Below, in pieces: positions 30,868 to 41,009 of a stretch of DNA of 64,000 bases; position 1 is the first letter of the stretch; every line of letters starts with the position of its first letter. The stretch spans positions 29,763 to 93,762 of the forward strand of contig JAALKD010000003.1 of the NCBI GenBank assembly GCA_011088215.1. The letters are read 5' to 3'. A model generated the notes under the pieces. It worked only from the letters and a program-made list of their open reading frames with translations. It had not been told where the DNA came from and did not search any database. This stretch comes from Sphingomonadales bacterium. GTDB lineage: Bacteria > Pseudomonadota > Alphaproteobacteria > Sphingomonadales > Kordiimonadaceae. The position numbers and the translations under genes are program-made.

Positions 30868-31821
30868 ATGACTGTGACAGGTAATTCACAACGAACAACA
30901 AATATTGAAATTCTGGAAGTTGGTCCGCGGGATGGCCTACAGAATGAAAAGGTAGTGTTCTCAACGGCCAACAAGCTTCACATGATCAAGGGCGCTATTG
31001 ATGCGGGTGTCCGGCGCATGGAAGTGGCTAGTTTTGTTCACCCCCAGCGCGTGCCGCAAATGGCAGATGCAGAGGATGTCATCGCTGGCCTCGCCGACCG
31101 AAAAGACATGACCTATATAGGCCTTGTCCTGAATAAACGAGGCTTGTTGCGCGCCTTTGCCACCCGCGAAGGCAACAAACGCGGTGTTGATGAAGTGGGT
31201 TGCGTCGTTGTGGCAACCGATACATTCGCCGAAAAAAACCAGGGCCAAACATCCCTGGAGTCCGTCGATAGTGCCAAAGATATGATCCGCATGGCAAAGG
31301 TCGAGGGCATGTCTGCACAAGCAGCCATTTCAGCTTCTTTCGGATGTCCGTTTGAAGGGCGTGTTGATCAAGACCATGTTGTTGCCATGGCTGAAAGCAT
31401 TGCAGAAGCGGAGCCGCGAGAAATCGCAATTGCAGATACCGTCGGTGTTGCCTCGCCGTTACGTGTCACTGAATTGATTTCAAAAATTAGGGCGCGCCTG
31501 CCCGATATGCCGTTGCGGGCGCATTTCCATAACACCCGCAACACTGGTCTCGCCAATGCTTGGGCCGCTTATGAAGCGGGTGTTGCAACACTTGATGCTT
31601 CAGTCGGCGGTCTTGGTGGTTGTCCATTTGCGCCGAAAGCCACCGGAAATATTGGCACTGAAGACCTGTTGTATCTTCTCGACGAGTCCGATGTGGAAAC
31701 CGGGGTCGAGCTCGAGCAGGTAATTTCGCTAGCAAACTGGGTCGAAGGTCAACTTGGCCGCACACCGCCAGCCATGGTCAGCCAGGCGGGCGGGTTCCCG
31801 AGTAGCAACAAACAATTTTAA
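30868..31821 (+). CDS. HMG-CoA-lyase-family (DRE-TIM) acyl-CoA lyase
   Basis: EVGPRDGLQNE, ADTVG, HFHNTRNTG, GGLGGCPFAPKATGNIGTEDL. Confidence 0.92.
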   Translation: MTVTGNSQRTTNIEILEVGPRDGLQNEKVVFSTANKLHMIKGAIDAGVRRMEVASFVHPQRVPQMADAEDVIAGLADRKDMTYIGLVLNKRGLLRAFATREGNKRGVDEVGCVVVATDTFAEKNQGQTSLESVDSAKDMIRMAKVEGMSAQAAISASFGCPFEGRVDQDHVVAMAESIAEAEPREIAIADTVGVASPLRVTELISKIRARLPDMPLRAHFHNTRNTGLANAWAAYEAGVATLDASVGGLGGCPFAPKATGNIGTEDLLYLLDESDVETGVELEQVISLANWVEGQLGRTPPAMVSQAGGFPSSNKQF

Positions 31822-31865
31822 AGTAAATCATCGGCCGCGAGCCATCGTTAAGGGAGTGGGGTAAA

Positions 31866-33920
31866 ATGTCATATCGATTAGGCGTGGATGTTGGGGGTAC
31901 TTTTACAGACCTTCTATTGATCGACGAGAAAACTGGCGTAACCTGGCGTGACAAAGTGCCAAGTACACCGCATGACCCGTCAGAAGCTGTCATAAGCGGC
32001 ACCAAGGCAATTTGCGATCAGGCCAGCATCAAGCCTTCAGACATTGAACAGTTTCTGCACGGCACCACGGTTGCCACAAACGCGGTTCTGGAAGGTAAAG
32101 GCGCGAAAACTGGCCTGGTTGTCACAGAAGGTTATCGCCAGATTTTGCAAGTTGCCCGGTCATTGGTTCCCGGCGGATTGGCCGCATGGATTACTTGGCC
32201 GAAGCCAGTTCCGCTGGCTGCCCTTGAGTGTACCGTCGAGATCGACGAACGCCTGGACGCAAACGGCGGCGTCGTGAAACCTGTTAACCGCACGCAAGCA
32301 AAGGCCGCACTGGAAAGCCTGAAGTCTGAAGGCATTGAGGCACTGACTATCTGCACCATCAACAGCTACATCAACGGTGTGCACGAAACGGAAATCGCCG
32401 AAATTGCAAAAGAGGTTTTCCCTGACTTGCCAATTACCCTTAGCCATGAAGTACTGCCTGAAATGCAGGAGTATGAGCGTGCACTAACCTCTGTCGCCAA
32501 CTCGCTCGTGCGCCCGATCATGGCAATGTATGTCTCGAACCTACGGGGTGAGCTGCGCAAGCTGGGCATGGAAGGTCGCATTAACCTGCTGCGCTCGGAC
32601 GGTGGCCTTATGGGCTCGGAAAAATCAGAAGGCCATCCCGTAAACCTGCTGATGTCTGGCCCCGCTGGAGGCGTTACAGGCGCACTCTGGTCCGCCCGCA
32701 ACGCCGGTCTCAAAAACATCCTGACACTTGATGTTGGTGGCACGTCCACTGATGTGGCGCTTATCGAAAACGGTGAACCACGTTTAAGGCGTGAAACCAG
32801 CGTTGGCCATTTGACAGTGCGCGCTTCATCACTAGACGTAAAAACAGTCGGTGCTGGCGGCGGCTCGATCGCTCATGTACCGGAACTTACCGGCGCTCTG
32901 CGTGTTGGGCCGGAATCAGCGGGCGCCGTGCCCGGCCCGGCAGCATACGGTAAAGGCGGCGAGGCACCAACCGTGACCGACGCCCATGTCGTACTCGGTA
33001 ACTTGCCCGCTGCTCTGCTGGGCGGTTCCTTCAAGCTGGATGTCGCAGCGGCAACTGCAGCTGTTCAGACAATCGCTGATGCATTGAGCGTAACCATTCA
33101 GGAAGCCGCACAAGGGATCATCGACATTGCCAACGAAAATATGTTTGGTGCATTGCGGCTTGTATCAGTGCAGCAGGGCTATGACCCCCGCGACTTCGCC
33201 TTGATGGGTTTCGGAGGCGCGGGTTCGCTGCACTCCAACGCTGTTGGCAAGCTGATGGGCTCCTACCCTGTTATCGTGCCAGTTAGCCCGGGTGTGCTGT
33301 GTGCAACGGGTGACGCAACCACCCAGATGCGCTACGAGCATGCGCGCTCTTTCAATCGAACTGTCAAACAAACCGACGACGGCGAAGTGGCCAAATGGCT
33401 CGCCAGCATGCGCGAAACGGTTGTTAAAGAACTGGAAGACGAAGGTGTACCACGTGGCAAGCAAATCATCACGTTTGAAGCGGGCGTTCGCTATTCGGGC
33501 CAAGGCTTTGAAGTCGATCTGCCGATCAACATTGAAGACTTCGAAGCCGGCAGCGGCGTGAAAGCTCTGCAAGCCGCTTTCGACGATGAGCACAAGCGCC
33601 TATTCACTTTCAATCTTGATGTTGTTCACGAGATTGTAAACCTGCGCGCTATCGCGCTAGGCAAAGGTGCTGAAATGCCGGCGATCAAAGTTGCACAAGG
33701 TGACGGTGATCCAGCCCAAGCCAAAGTTAGCGACCATACTATGTGGTGTGGCGGCGCTAAACATGATGCGGTGGTCTATGAGCGGTCCAAGCTTGAAAAA
33801 GGCGATCGAATTCCGGGGCCCTGTATTGTCACCGAAATGGACAGCACAGCCGTCATTCTGCCCGACCATGTGGGCGAAGTGGATACCTATGGTAACATTC
33901 TTATCAACCCGACAGCATAA
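31866..33920 (+). CDS. hyuA: Hydantoinase/oxoprolinase subunit A (ATP-dependent cyclic amide hydrolase)
   Basis: GVDVGGTFTD, HGTTVATNA, EYER, SGPAGGV, DVGGTSTD, GAGGGSIA, GPESAGAVPGP, PTVTDA, FGGAG. Confidence 0.93.
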   Translation: MSYRLGVDVGGTFTDLLLIDEKTGVTWRDKVPSTPHDPSEAVISGTKAICDQASIKPSDIEQFLHGTTVATNAVLEGKGAKTGLVVTEGYRQILQVARSLVPGGLAAWITWPKPVPLAALECTVEIDERLDANGGVVKPVNRTQAKAALESLKSEGIEALTICTINSYINGVHETEIAEIAKEVFPDLPITLSHEVLPEMQEYERALTSVANSLVRPIMAMYVSNLRGELRKLGMEGRINLLRSDGGLMGSEKSEGHPVNLLMSGPAGGVTGALWSARNAGLKNILTLDVGGTSTDVALIENGEPRLRRETSVGHLTVRASSLDVKTVGAGGGSIAHVPELTGALRVGPESAGAVPGPAAYGKGGEAPTVTDAHVVLGNLPAALLGGSFKLDVAAATAAVQTIADALSVTIQEAAQGIIDIANENMFGALRLVSVQQGYDPRDFALMGFGGAGSLHSNAVGKLMGSYPVIVPVSPGVLCATGDATTQMRYEHARSFNRTVKQTDDGEVAKWLASMRETVVKELEDEGVPRGKQIITFEAGVRYSGQGFEVDLPINIEDFEAGSGVKALQAAFDDEHKRLFTFNLDVVHEIVNLRAIALGKGAEMPAIKVAQGDGDPAQAKVSDHTMWCGGAKHDAVVYERSKLEKGDRIPGPCIVTEMDSTAVILPDHVGEVDTYGNILINPTA

Positions 33921-33934
33921 GGGGAGGACGACCA

Positions 33935-35794
33935 ATGCCTGCAACAATCATTGAAACAAACACCACCCCATTTGCCAAAACAGCAGTGGATACAATCACC
34001 CTCGACATCATCGAGAATGCGTTGAGAAACGCCCGGGAAGAAATGGACGCAACCCTGTTCCGCACTGCCATGAGCCCGGGCATCCGCGAACAAGGCGATG
34101 CCTTTCCGCTGATCGCAGACCGTGAAGGCCTGATGGTGGTTGGCCAGTTCGGTAGCTTCATCGACGGATTTCTCAACGGTTACGGCGGCGACATTGAAGA
34201 GGGCGACATGATCTGGCTTGCCGACCCCTACAGTTGTGAAGGCGCTGTGTCGCACAATAATGACTGGCTGATAATCCGCCCAATATTTGTCAAAGGCCGA
34301 CTGGTTAGCTGGGCCTGCATGTTCGGCCATATGACTGACATTGGCGGTAAGGTGCCAGGTAGCATGCCCACAGACGCCACCAGTATTTTCGAGGAAGGCG
34401 TACGCATTCCGCCGATAAAATTGTTTAAGAAAGACGTGCTACAGGAAGACATTCTGACACTGGTTCTGCACCAGGTGCGCATGCCGGAATGGTGCCGCGC
34501 AGATTTACTTGCGATTGTCGCCAGCTGCCGAGTGGCGGAAAAGCGCGTGATTGAAATTTGCGAACGCTTCGGCGATGACTTTTTCGCTTCTGCGACCGAC
34601 GAATTATTGGCGCGTAATAAACGAGCGATGGGTCATTTGATCAATACCGCCGTCAGCGAGGACAGGGTTAGTTTCGAAGATTATATCTGTGATGATGGTC
34701 GCGGGTTCGGGCCTTACAAAATCAAATGTACCATGTGGCGTGAGGGTGAAACGGTTGTCCTTGATTTCGATGGAACAGACCCGCAAGCCATTGGTTCAAT
34801 TAACTTTTACCTGAACGAAAACATGCTAAAAATGTTCTTCGGCATTTATATGGTGATGGTTTTCGACCCGCAGGTTATGTTCAACGATGGCTTCTATGAC
34901 CTTGTGGATGTTCGCATCCCGCAGGGCAGCTTGCTCAAACCAAACTTCCCGGCGGCACTATCATGTCGCACCCATGCTTTGGGCCGGATTTTCGACATCC
35001 TCGGCGGCCTGCTTGGCCAGGGACAGCCTGAATTTCTAAATGCAGCTGGCTTCTCATCCAGCCCGCATCTGATGTTCTCGGGATTTGACAAAGACAGCGG
35101 CGAATGGTTCCAACTGTTCCAGATTGGTTTTGGCGGCATCCCCGGCAGACCCTGGGGTGACGGACCAGACGGCCACAGCCTATGGCCCGGCTTTACCAAT
35201 GTGCCCAACGAGTTTCTGGAGCGCTACTTCCCTATGCGCATTACCGATTATACCTCTATCCCGGATAGTGGCGGTGCAGGCCTTAATCGCGGCGGCAACG
35301 GTATCCTGATGACCTATCAGTTCCTCAACAAAGGCACTGTGTCCATCCATGATGATCGCTGGTTCACTTACCCTTGGGGTGTGAATGGCGGTGAGCCGGG
35401 TGCACGGTCTACAAAGATACTACGACGGGCAGACGGCACCGAGGAAGTGTTGGCCTCTAAATGCGACCGAGTTGATGTGTTTGAAGGTGACGAGCTGGAT
35501 TACATCACCTGGGGAGGCGGCGGATGGGGCAACCCGCTAGAGCGCGACGCTGACCTGGTAGCGCTTGAAGTGAAACAAGGCCTGGTGTCAGAAGGCGGCG
35601 CTTTCAACAACTACGGCGTGAAGATAGCGGCGGACGGCAGCGTTGATATTGCAGCTACGGAAGCCAAACGCGCAGAGCTTGCCAAAACACAGGTAACCGG
35701 TGAAATCTTCAACTACGGCCCCGACTTGGCGGCCATTCGCGCCAACTGCAAAGCGGAAACCGGCCTAGATGCACCGATCCAGCCAAGCTGGTAG
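33935..35794 (+). CDS. hyuB: Hydantoinase/oxoprolinase subunit B
   Basis: EEMDATLFRTAMSPGIREQGD, HNND, GHMTDIGG, EEGVRIPP, DFDGTDPQ, PNEFLE, GGGGWGNP. Confidence 0.93.
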   Translation: MPATIIETNTTPFAKTAVDTITLDIIENALRNAREEMDATLFRTAMSPGIREQGDAFPLIADREGLMVVGQFGSFIDGFLNGYGGDIEEGDMIWLADPYSCEGAVSHNNDWLIIRPIFVKGRLVSWACMFGHMTDIGGKVPGSMPTDATSIFEEGVRIPPIKLFKKDVLQEDILTLVLHQVRMPEWCRADLLAIVASCRVAEKRVIEICERFGDDFFASATDELLARNKRAMGHLINTAVSEDRVSFEDYICDDGRGFGPYKIKCTMWREGETVVLDFDGTDPQAIGSINFYLNENMLKMFFGIYMVMVFDPQVMFNDGFYDLVDVRIPQGSLLKPNFPAALSCRTHALGRIFDILGGLLGQGQPEFLNAAGFSSSPHLMFSGFDKDSGEWFQLFQIGFGGIPGRPWGDGPDGHSLWPGFTNVPNEFLERYFPMRITDYTSIPDSGGAGLNRGGNGILMTYQFLNKGTVSIHDDRWFTYPWGVNGGEPGARSTKILRRADGTEEVLASKCDRVDVFEGDELDYITWGGGGWGNPLERDADLVALEVKQGLVSEGGAFNNYGVKIAADGSVDIAATEAKRAELAKTQVTGEIFNYGPDLAAIRANCKAETGLDAPIQPSW

Positions 35795-35814
35795 TATCAC
35801 CCACACAAATCACT

Positions 35815-35844
35815 AAAAAAGGCTGGCATATGCCAGTCTTTTTT
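35815..35844. terminator. Bidirectional intrinsic terminator
   Basis: AAAAAAGGCTGGCA-TA-TGCCAGTCTTTTTT between convergent hyuB and ABM genes. Confidence 0.8.
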
Positions 35845-36259
35845 ATTGCAAAGACACCGGAAGTGGGTGCGTGTAAGTCATGGTTGGCTCTTCGGTAAGA
35901 AGCGTCAAAATATGGGCCCAGTCACCCGATGCAACTATTCGATCATAATGCTCTCGGTGCAGCGTTATACTCTGCCAGCGTTCAACCAGAATAAATTCCC
36001 GGTCATCTTCAGCCCCGCGGTATACCTGCGCAGTTTGAAAACCCGCCTCGCCCGTCATTGCTTTTTCAACTCCTGCCATAATTTTCTTAAATTCCTGCTG
36101 ATGGTCTGAATGCGTTTTGAAATGGATTACTAAATAGACGCTAGTGTCGTTCGCCCCTTCACTTGCAAATGTCGAATTGGAAAATAGCGATAGAAAACCT
36201 GCCACTAACGCCGCCATCAAAGTTACCTTGCTGGGCCTCTTTTTAGAAAAAACTATCAT
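35843..36259 (-). CDS. Antibiotic-biosynthesis-monooxygenase (ABM)-domain protein with probable signal peptide
   Basis: EAGFQTAQVY...FILVERWQSITLHREH pattern; N-terminus KKRPSKVTLMAALVAGFLSLFSNSTFA. Confidence 0.75.
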   Translation of the reverse strand: MIVFSKKRPSKVTLMAALVAGFLSLFSNSTFASEGANDTSVYLVIHFKTHSDHQQEFKKIMAGVEKAMTGEAGFQTAQVYRGAEDDREFILVERWQSITLHREHYDRIVASGDWAHILTLLTEEPTMTYTHPLPVSLQ

Positions 36260-36363
36260 TTATCTTTCCTTTTTAGGGTATTTTAAGACTGTATTTTCAG
36301 TTAGTTGTTTCGATACTGTGTTCTATTGCTCAACTCAAACATCAATTATGAAATGACCCTTTC

Positions 36364-37245
36364 ATGCAAGAAACGTTCAACTGGCAAGACCTAAAATTAT
36401 TCATAGAGGTGGCTGACGCCAAGGGGTTGGCAGGTGCTGCCGCTGCAACTGGCATAAGTGCGCCAACGCTTGGGCGGCGTATGTTATCTTTGGAACAGAT
36501 AGCAGGGCGCGAGCTGTTTATTCGGCACCGCAACGGGTATGATTTAACAATTGCGGGCAAAGACCTGCTCTCACATGCTCGCGCAATGCAAAAGGCCTAT
36601 GCCGGTGTTAAACGATGGCAGGAAGACGCCGACACAACACCTACGGTAAAAATCTCAGCCGGCGTCTGGACAAGCCAGTTCATTGCCAGCAATAGCAGGC
36701 ACCTTTTGTCGAAAACGATGAACATACGCTTGGCTTTAACGCCAGATAACAACTTTGTCGACATCGCCAAACGCGAGGCTCACTTAGCGATCCGAAACCA
36801 ACGGCCTTCTCAAAACGGGTTGGCGATCAAAAAATTGGGAACTGTTGAATTTGCTGTATACGGCGCCCGCAGCCTCCAAGACACTCACCGACCCAAACCT
36901 GAGTTCGCCGATCTGTTTACCGATTTTCCCTGGGTCGCCTTTAAGCCTCGAAACAGTAGCACAGCCTCCGCAACATGGCTCGGCCGTCGATTGAGGAAAC
37001 CGCCCCGATTGAGCTGCAGCTCGCCAACACCGGTTCTGGAAGCAGCGCGCGGCGGAACCGGGCTTTGTGTTTTGCCCTGCTTTATCGGGGACGCTGAGCC
37101 GTTGCTAGCGAGGTGTAGCCAACCGATCAATGAATTGTCGCATACGCAGTGGCTGGTTAGCCACGATGAGGACCGGCACCTCAAGCATGTTAAAACGATA
37201 GCGAAACGGGTAACAGCCATCTTCAAAAATCAATCGCGGCTTTAA
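36364..37245 (+). CDS. LysR-family regulator
   Basis: NWQDLKLFIEVADAKGLAGAAAATGISAPTLGRRMLSLE...LFIR; divergent from the ABM gene. Confidence 0.9.
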   Translation: MQETFNWQDLKLFIEVADAKGLAGAAAATGISAPTLGRRMLSLEQIAGRELFIRHRNGYDLTIAGKDLLSHARAMQKAYAGVKRWQEDADTTPTVKISAGVWTSQFIASNSRHLLSKTMNIRLALTPDNNFVDIAKREAHLAIRNQRPSQNGLAIKKLGTVEFAVYGARSLQDTHRPKPEFADLFTDFPWVAFKPRNSSTASATWLGRRLRKPPRLSCSSPTPVLEAARGGTGLCVLPCFIGDAEPLLARCSQPINELSHTQWLVSHDEDRHLKHVKTIAKRVTAIFKNQSRL

Positions 37246-37425
37246 GTTATATATCGGTCTGTCAAAGGTCCATGATACGGTCAACATCATCCACGGTTTC
37301 TTCAAGGCTACTGAAATAGGGAGCAACAATGAACAGGCTCATTGATATGGATCATTGTTTCGGTGCAGCTGTCTTGGTCTGCTACAAGCTCGTTAATCGT
37401 CTCATACAATCAGCGGGGAAAAGCC

Positions 37426-38118
37426 GTGGCAACAGAAGAAACCACTATGTTGCAATCAAGCAAAACAGCGCGTGAGTTTTTCGAGGACGTTATTGCTAAT
37501 CCCGCACGCGCCAAATTTGGTTTTGGTGATAAATTGGCGATCGTGAATGTGGATCCGCAGAAGGCCTATACCCGGCCTGATCTGTTCAAAACCGCCTACA
37601 TCACCGACCCCAAGCAGATGGCTTATATCAACCAAATCTCAAAGTTGGCGCGGGCCAAAAACCTGCCGGTCGCATGGACCCATGTGGCCTATATGGACGA
37701 TGCATCAGACGCCGGGGTGTGGGGCACGCGCACCGACACACCAGATAGCCTGCAAAATATCAAATATGGCTCGGTGCGGCACGAATTTGACGACCGGCTT
37801 GAAATCGATGAATCCTGCGACGCTGTTTACACCAAACGCATGCCTTCGGCGTTTTTTGAAACCCCGCTGGCGTCCTTCCTCAAGTGGCATGCAGTAGACA
37901 CTGTTGTTGTCACCGGTGGTTCCACTTCGGGCTGCGTGCGCGCCACGGCCGTTGATGCCCTGTCGCACGGTTACCGCACCATCGTGCCTGAAGAATGCGT
38001 TGCCGATAAGCATGAAAGCTATCATTTCGCCAACCTTACTGACCTGCAGCTCAAATATGCAGACGTGGTCAAGGTTCAGGATGTGATCAATTGGCTAGAT
38101 GCATACAGTGCCAAGTAG
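37426..38118 (+). CDS. Second isochorismatase-family amidohydrolase (NicF-like)
   Basis: IVNVDPQKAY, TKRMPSAFFET, GGSTSGCVRATAVD. GTG 37426 follows GGGG; ATG 37447 is an alternative start. Confidence 0.88.
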   Translation: MATEETTMLQSSKTAREFFEDVIANPARAKFGFGDKLAIVNVDPQKAYTRPDLFKTAYITDPKQMAYINQISKLARAKNLPVAWTHVAYMDDASDAGVWGTRTDTPDSLQNIKYGSVRHEFDDRLEIDESCDAVYTKRMPSAFFETPLASFLKWHAVDTVVVTGGSTSGCVRATAVDALSHGYRTIVPEECVADKHESYHFANLTDLQLKYADVVKVQDVINWLDAYSAK

Positions 38119-38127
38119 GAGGCTGTG

Positions 38128-39060
38128 ATGAAATACGATCCCGGCCTCTATGATTATTGGCCTTATGAGAACCGCCCCAAGATCACTTGGCCAGGCGGCA
38201 AAAAAGTCGCCTTTTGGGTCGCGCCCAATATAGAGTTTTACGAGCTAGATCCACCTGCAAACCCCCAGCGAAAAAGCTGGCCTCGGCCGCACCCTGACAT
38301 TGTGCCCTACAGCTACCGCGACCACGGCAACCGCGTTGGTCATTGGCGTCTTATGGAAATGATGGACGAATTCGGCGTGCGCGGCTCCATCTCGCTTTCG
38401 GTTGCCATGTGCCAACATCACCCTGAAATTATTGAAGCCTGCGCTGCCCGCAACTGGGAGTTTTTCAGTCACGGTATTTATAACACGCGCTATATTTACG
38501 GTATGGATCGCGCTCAGGAAGAAAGCATCCTGCTCGATTCCATCAAAACGGTTGAGGCCACCACCGGCCAGCGCATTCGAGGCTACCTTGCTCCAGCGCT
38601 TACCCACACCGAAGACACCATCGACCTGCTGGCGGAAAACGGGTTTTGGTACAGCTGCGACCTGTTCCAGGATGACCAGCCACAACCCTTAAAAACCAAG
38701 AATGGCAACAAGCTGGTTTCCATGCCCTATTCGCTTGAGGTCAATGACCACTATGCCTTCAACGTCTACGGTCAAAGCGCCCGCCAATATGCTGACCTAT
38801 TGAAACGGCAGTTTGATACCCTGCTGGAGGAAGGCGCAGACAGCGGCACCGTAATGTGCATTCCGCTGCATGCCTATTTGATTGGCCGCGCCCACCGCAT
38901 TGGGCCGTTCCGCGACGTGCTGGACTATATCACCAGCCACAAAGACGATGTGTGGGTCACCACAGCATCAGAGATCGCAGAGTTTTACATGAACAACTGC
39001 TATGACGAGGCACTGGCCAATATCGCTGCGGCGCAAACACCTGCGAGGGAGGCCTCATAA
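38128..39060 (+). CDS. Polysaccharide-deacetylase-fold hydrolase, PuuE (allantoinase)-like
   Basis: VAPNIEFY, YRDHGNRVGHWRL, FSHG, GYLAP, MPYSLEVND, CIPLHAYLIGRAHR. SD AGGAGG. Confidence 0.82.
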   Translation: MKYDPGLYDYWPYENRPKITWPGGKKVAFWVAPNIEFYELDPPANPQRKSWPRPHPDIVPYSYRDHGNRVGHWRLMEMMDEFGVRGSISLSVAMCQHHPEIIEACAARNWEFFSHGIYNTRYIYGMDRAQEESILLDSIKTVEATTGQRIRGYLAPALTHTEDTIDLLAENGFWYSCDLFQDDQPQPLKTKNGNKLVSMPYSLEVNDHYAFNVYGQSARQYADLLKRQFDTLLEEGADSGTVMCIPLHAYLIGRAHRIGPFRDVLDYITSHKDDVWVTTASEIAEFYMNNCYDEALANIAAAQTPAREAS

Positions 39061-39983
39061 TGTCGCTTCCTGAAGATTATCTGAAATACCCCCACCGTAG
39101 CCACGGCATGGACCACACGCTGTATCCTTGGTCAAACCTGATGGACCGCAAGCCTGTCAAATGGCCAGACGACAAATCGGTTGCGTTATGGATTACGGTA
39201 GCATTGGAATATTTCCCACTCACCCCCAACGACGGGCCTTTCCGCGCCCCCGGTCATATGGTTACGCCTTACCCTGATTACCGAACCTTCACCACGCGTG
39301 ATTACGGTAACCGTATCGGCGTGTTCCGTATTATGAAAGTGCTACAAAAACTGGATCTAAAGGCATCTGCACCCATGTCCGTAGAAGCGGCCAAACGGTA
39401 TCCGGCACTGCTGGAGGCAGTTCAAAAATGCGACTGGGAAATCATCGGCCACGGCATGGACATGAACCATATTCATTATGGCGGCATGGACGCGGACGTG
39501 GAAGAAAAACAGATTGTGGATTGTTTGGATGACCTTGAAGCACTGACAGGCAGAAAACCACAGGGCTGGCTTTCTCCCGCACGCTCCGAAAGTGAAAACA
39601 CACTCGCGCTATTGGCAAAACACGGCGTCGAATATGTATGTGATTGGGTCAATGATGACATGCCCTATCCTATGACCACCGAAGGTGGGCCGCTGGCCGC
39701 CATGCCGCACACCATGGAACTGGAAGATAGACAACTGATGGTCACACTGGGTCAAAACGAGGAAACCTACGAAGAACAAATTCTGGCTGCTTTTGACCTG
39801 CTCCGGCAAGAAGCAAAAACAACAGGTGGCCGCATCTTGCACTTGTCATTGACACCCTATGTCATCGGGCAACCCTTCCGCATTCATATCCTCAAGTCTG
39901 TATTATCAAAACTTGTAGAAAGCGGCGACATCTGGAGTGCAACCGGTGGCAAAATTCTGGAAGTCTGGAAACAACAGAGCTAA
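39060..39983 (+). CDS. Second PuuE-like polysaccharide-deacetylase-fold hydrolase
   Basis: VALEYF, RDYGNRIGVFRI, IGHG, GWLSP, LSLTPYVIGQPFR. Its start overlaps the paralog's stop. Confidence 0.82.
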   Translation: MSLPEDYLKYPHRSHGMDHTLYPWSNLMDRKPVKWPDDKSVALWITVALEYFPLTPNDGPFRAPGHMVTPYPDYRTFTTRDYGNRIGVFRIMKVLQKLDLKASAPMSVEAAKRYPALLEAVQKCDWEIIGHGMDMNHIHYGGMDADVEEKQIVDCLDDLEALTGRKPQGWLSPARSESENTLALLAKHGVEYVCDWVNDDMPYPMTTEGGPLAAMPHTMELEDRQLMVTLGQNEETYEEQILAAFDLLRQEAKTTGGRILHLSLTPYVIGQPFRIHILKSVLSKLVESGDIWSATGGKILEVWKQQS

Positions 39984-39986
39984 ACG

Positions 39987-41009
39987 TTAATCCGCCATTT
40001 CATACAGATCAATTTTGCTACCACCGGGTGCAATTGCCTCTGCAATATTCACAGAACCTACACCTGACAGAGGCATGTCTACTGCGATGTCGGAAACTTC
40101 AAAGCCCATTGCGCGCAGTTTAACGACCATTGCCTCCAGGCCTTCAACCGGAAACCGCAGGCGCGCAAGGCCTCGATTTGGCATGGATGTTCGGCCGGAG
40201 AAGTCCCGCCCCGTTGCGCCTTCATAAGCAAGAAGCTCAATGCTGCCTTCATTTCTACCCTGCGGGTGTAAAATTGAAACATCACGGATTACTGAGGTGG
40301 CCATATTGTGGGGGATGCCCAACACATTGGGGCCTGCTTCCCTGGACCCGCTTTTATGTTCAAGGTAGGACGTAAACCCGAGGCCCTCACGCCAGAAACG
40401 GCGCGCTTCTGTAATGTCAGCCACAATCATGGTTGCGTTAAAGGCACGTGAAAATTTCTTCAAATTAGGCCAGCCCTCCAGCGTTGGTTTAACCCGTTCA
40501 ATGACGGCGATACGCACACTGTCGGGGCCTCGCGGCAACCACTCTTTCACCACAAACGGACCAAAGGAAAACTGCACCGGATCACTGAAAGAAGACCATC
40601 CGCGTTTCATCAATGCCATGCGCGCAGTGTCCATATCCGCAATGCGCATGTTAAAATCAAAAATACCACCCGTGTCCCACGCCTGATCATTAGGGCGAAT
40701 AAGCGGCGCTGCGGTGCCGTCGAATTCGATCAGACGCACAAACCCACGCTTGGACCCTGGGTTGGCGAGCAACGTGTATTTCGCTGCCGCCCCCACATCC
40801 CACATTTTGAGCCACTTTCTATCCACGTTCCCGGTTCCGATAACCTGCCACGCACCAACCTCTTCGAACATAGTCTGAAGCTGACCACCGTTGGCTGTAA
40901 CAATAACAATCTCATGATAACCGGCTGTAACGGTTTGTGCATTTGCACCGGCAAACGGCGCGACCAAGAGAACAATCGCCACTAATACAGAGGAAAATTT
41001 TTCGATCAT
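39987..41009 (-). CDS. Two-domain VOC (glyoxalase-like) protein with signal peptide
   Basis: MIEKFSSVLVAIVLLVAPFAGANA signal peptide; GPDSVRIAVIE and PGGSKIDLYE VOC ends; ATGA overlap with the upstream gene. Confidence 0.75.
   Translation of the reverse strand: MIEKFSSVLVAIVLLVAPFAGANAQTVTAGYHEIVIVTANGGQLQTMFEEVGAWQVIGTGNVDRKWLKMWDVGAAAKYTLLANPGSKRGFVRLIEFDGTAAPLIRPNDQAWDTGGIFDFNMRIADMDTARMALMKRGWSSFSDPVQFSFGPFVVKEWLPRGPDSVRIAVIERVKPTLEGWPNLKKFSRAFNATMIVADITEARRFWREGLGFTSYLEHKSGSREAGPNVLGIPHNMATSVIRDVSILHPQGRNEGSIELLAYEGATGRDFSGRTSMPNRGLARLRFPVEGLEAMVVKLRAMGFEVSDIAVDMPLSGVGSVNIAEAIAPGGSKIDLYEMAD

Noticed and set aside
37250-37340. Short minus-strand ORF MSLFIVAPYFSSLEETVDDVDRIMDL, vaguely like an aminotransferase C-terminus
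   Set aside because: Only 26 codons with no SD or further homologous fragments; cannot be supported without a search.
38128-39983. True polysaccharide (chitin/peptidoglycan) deacetylases
   Set aside because: No signal peptides or carbohydrate genes; motifs and context fit PuuE-type cyclic amide hydrolases.
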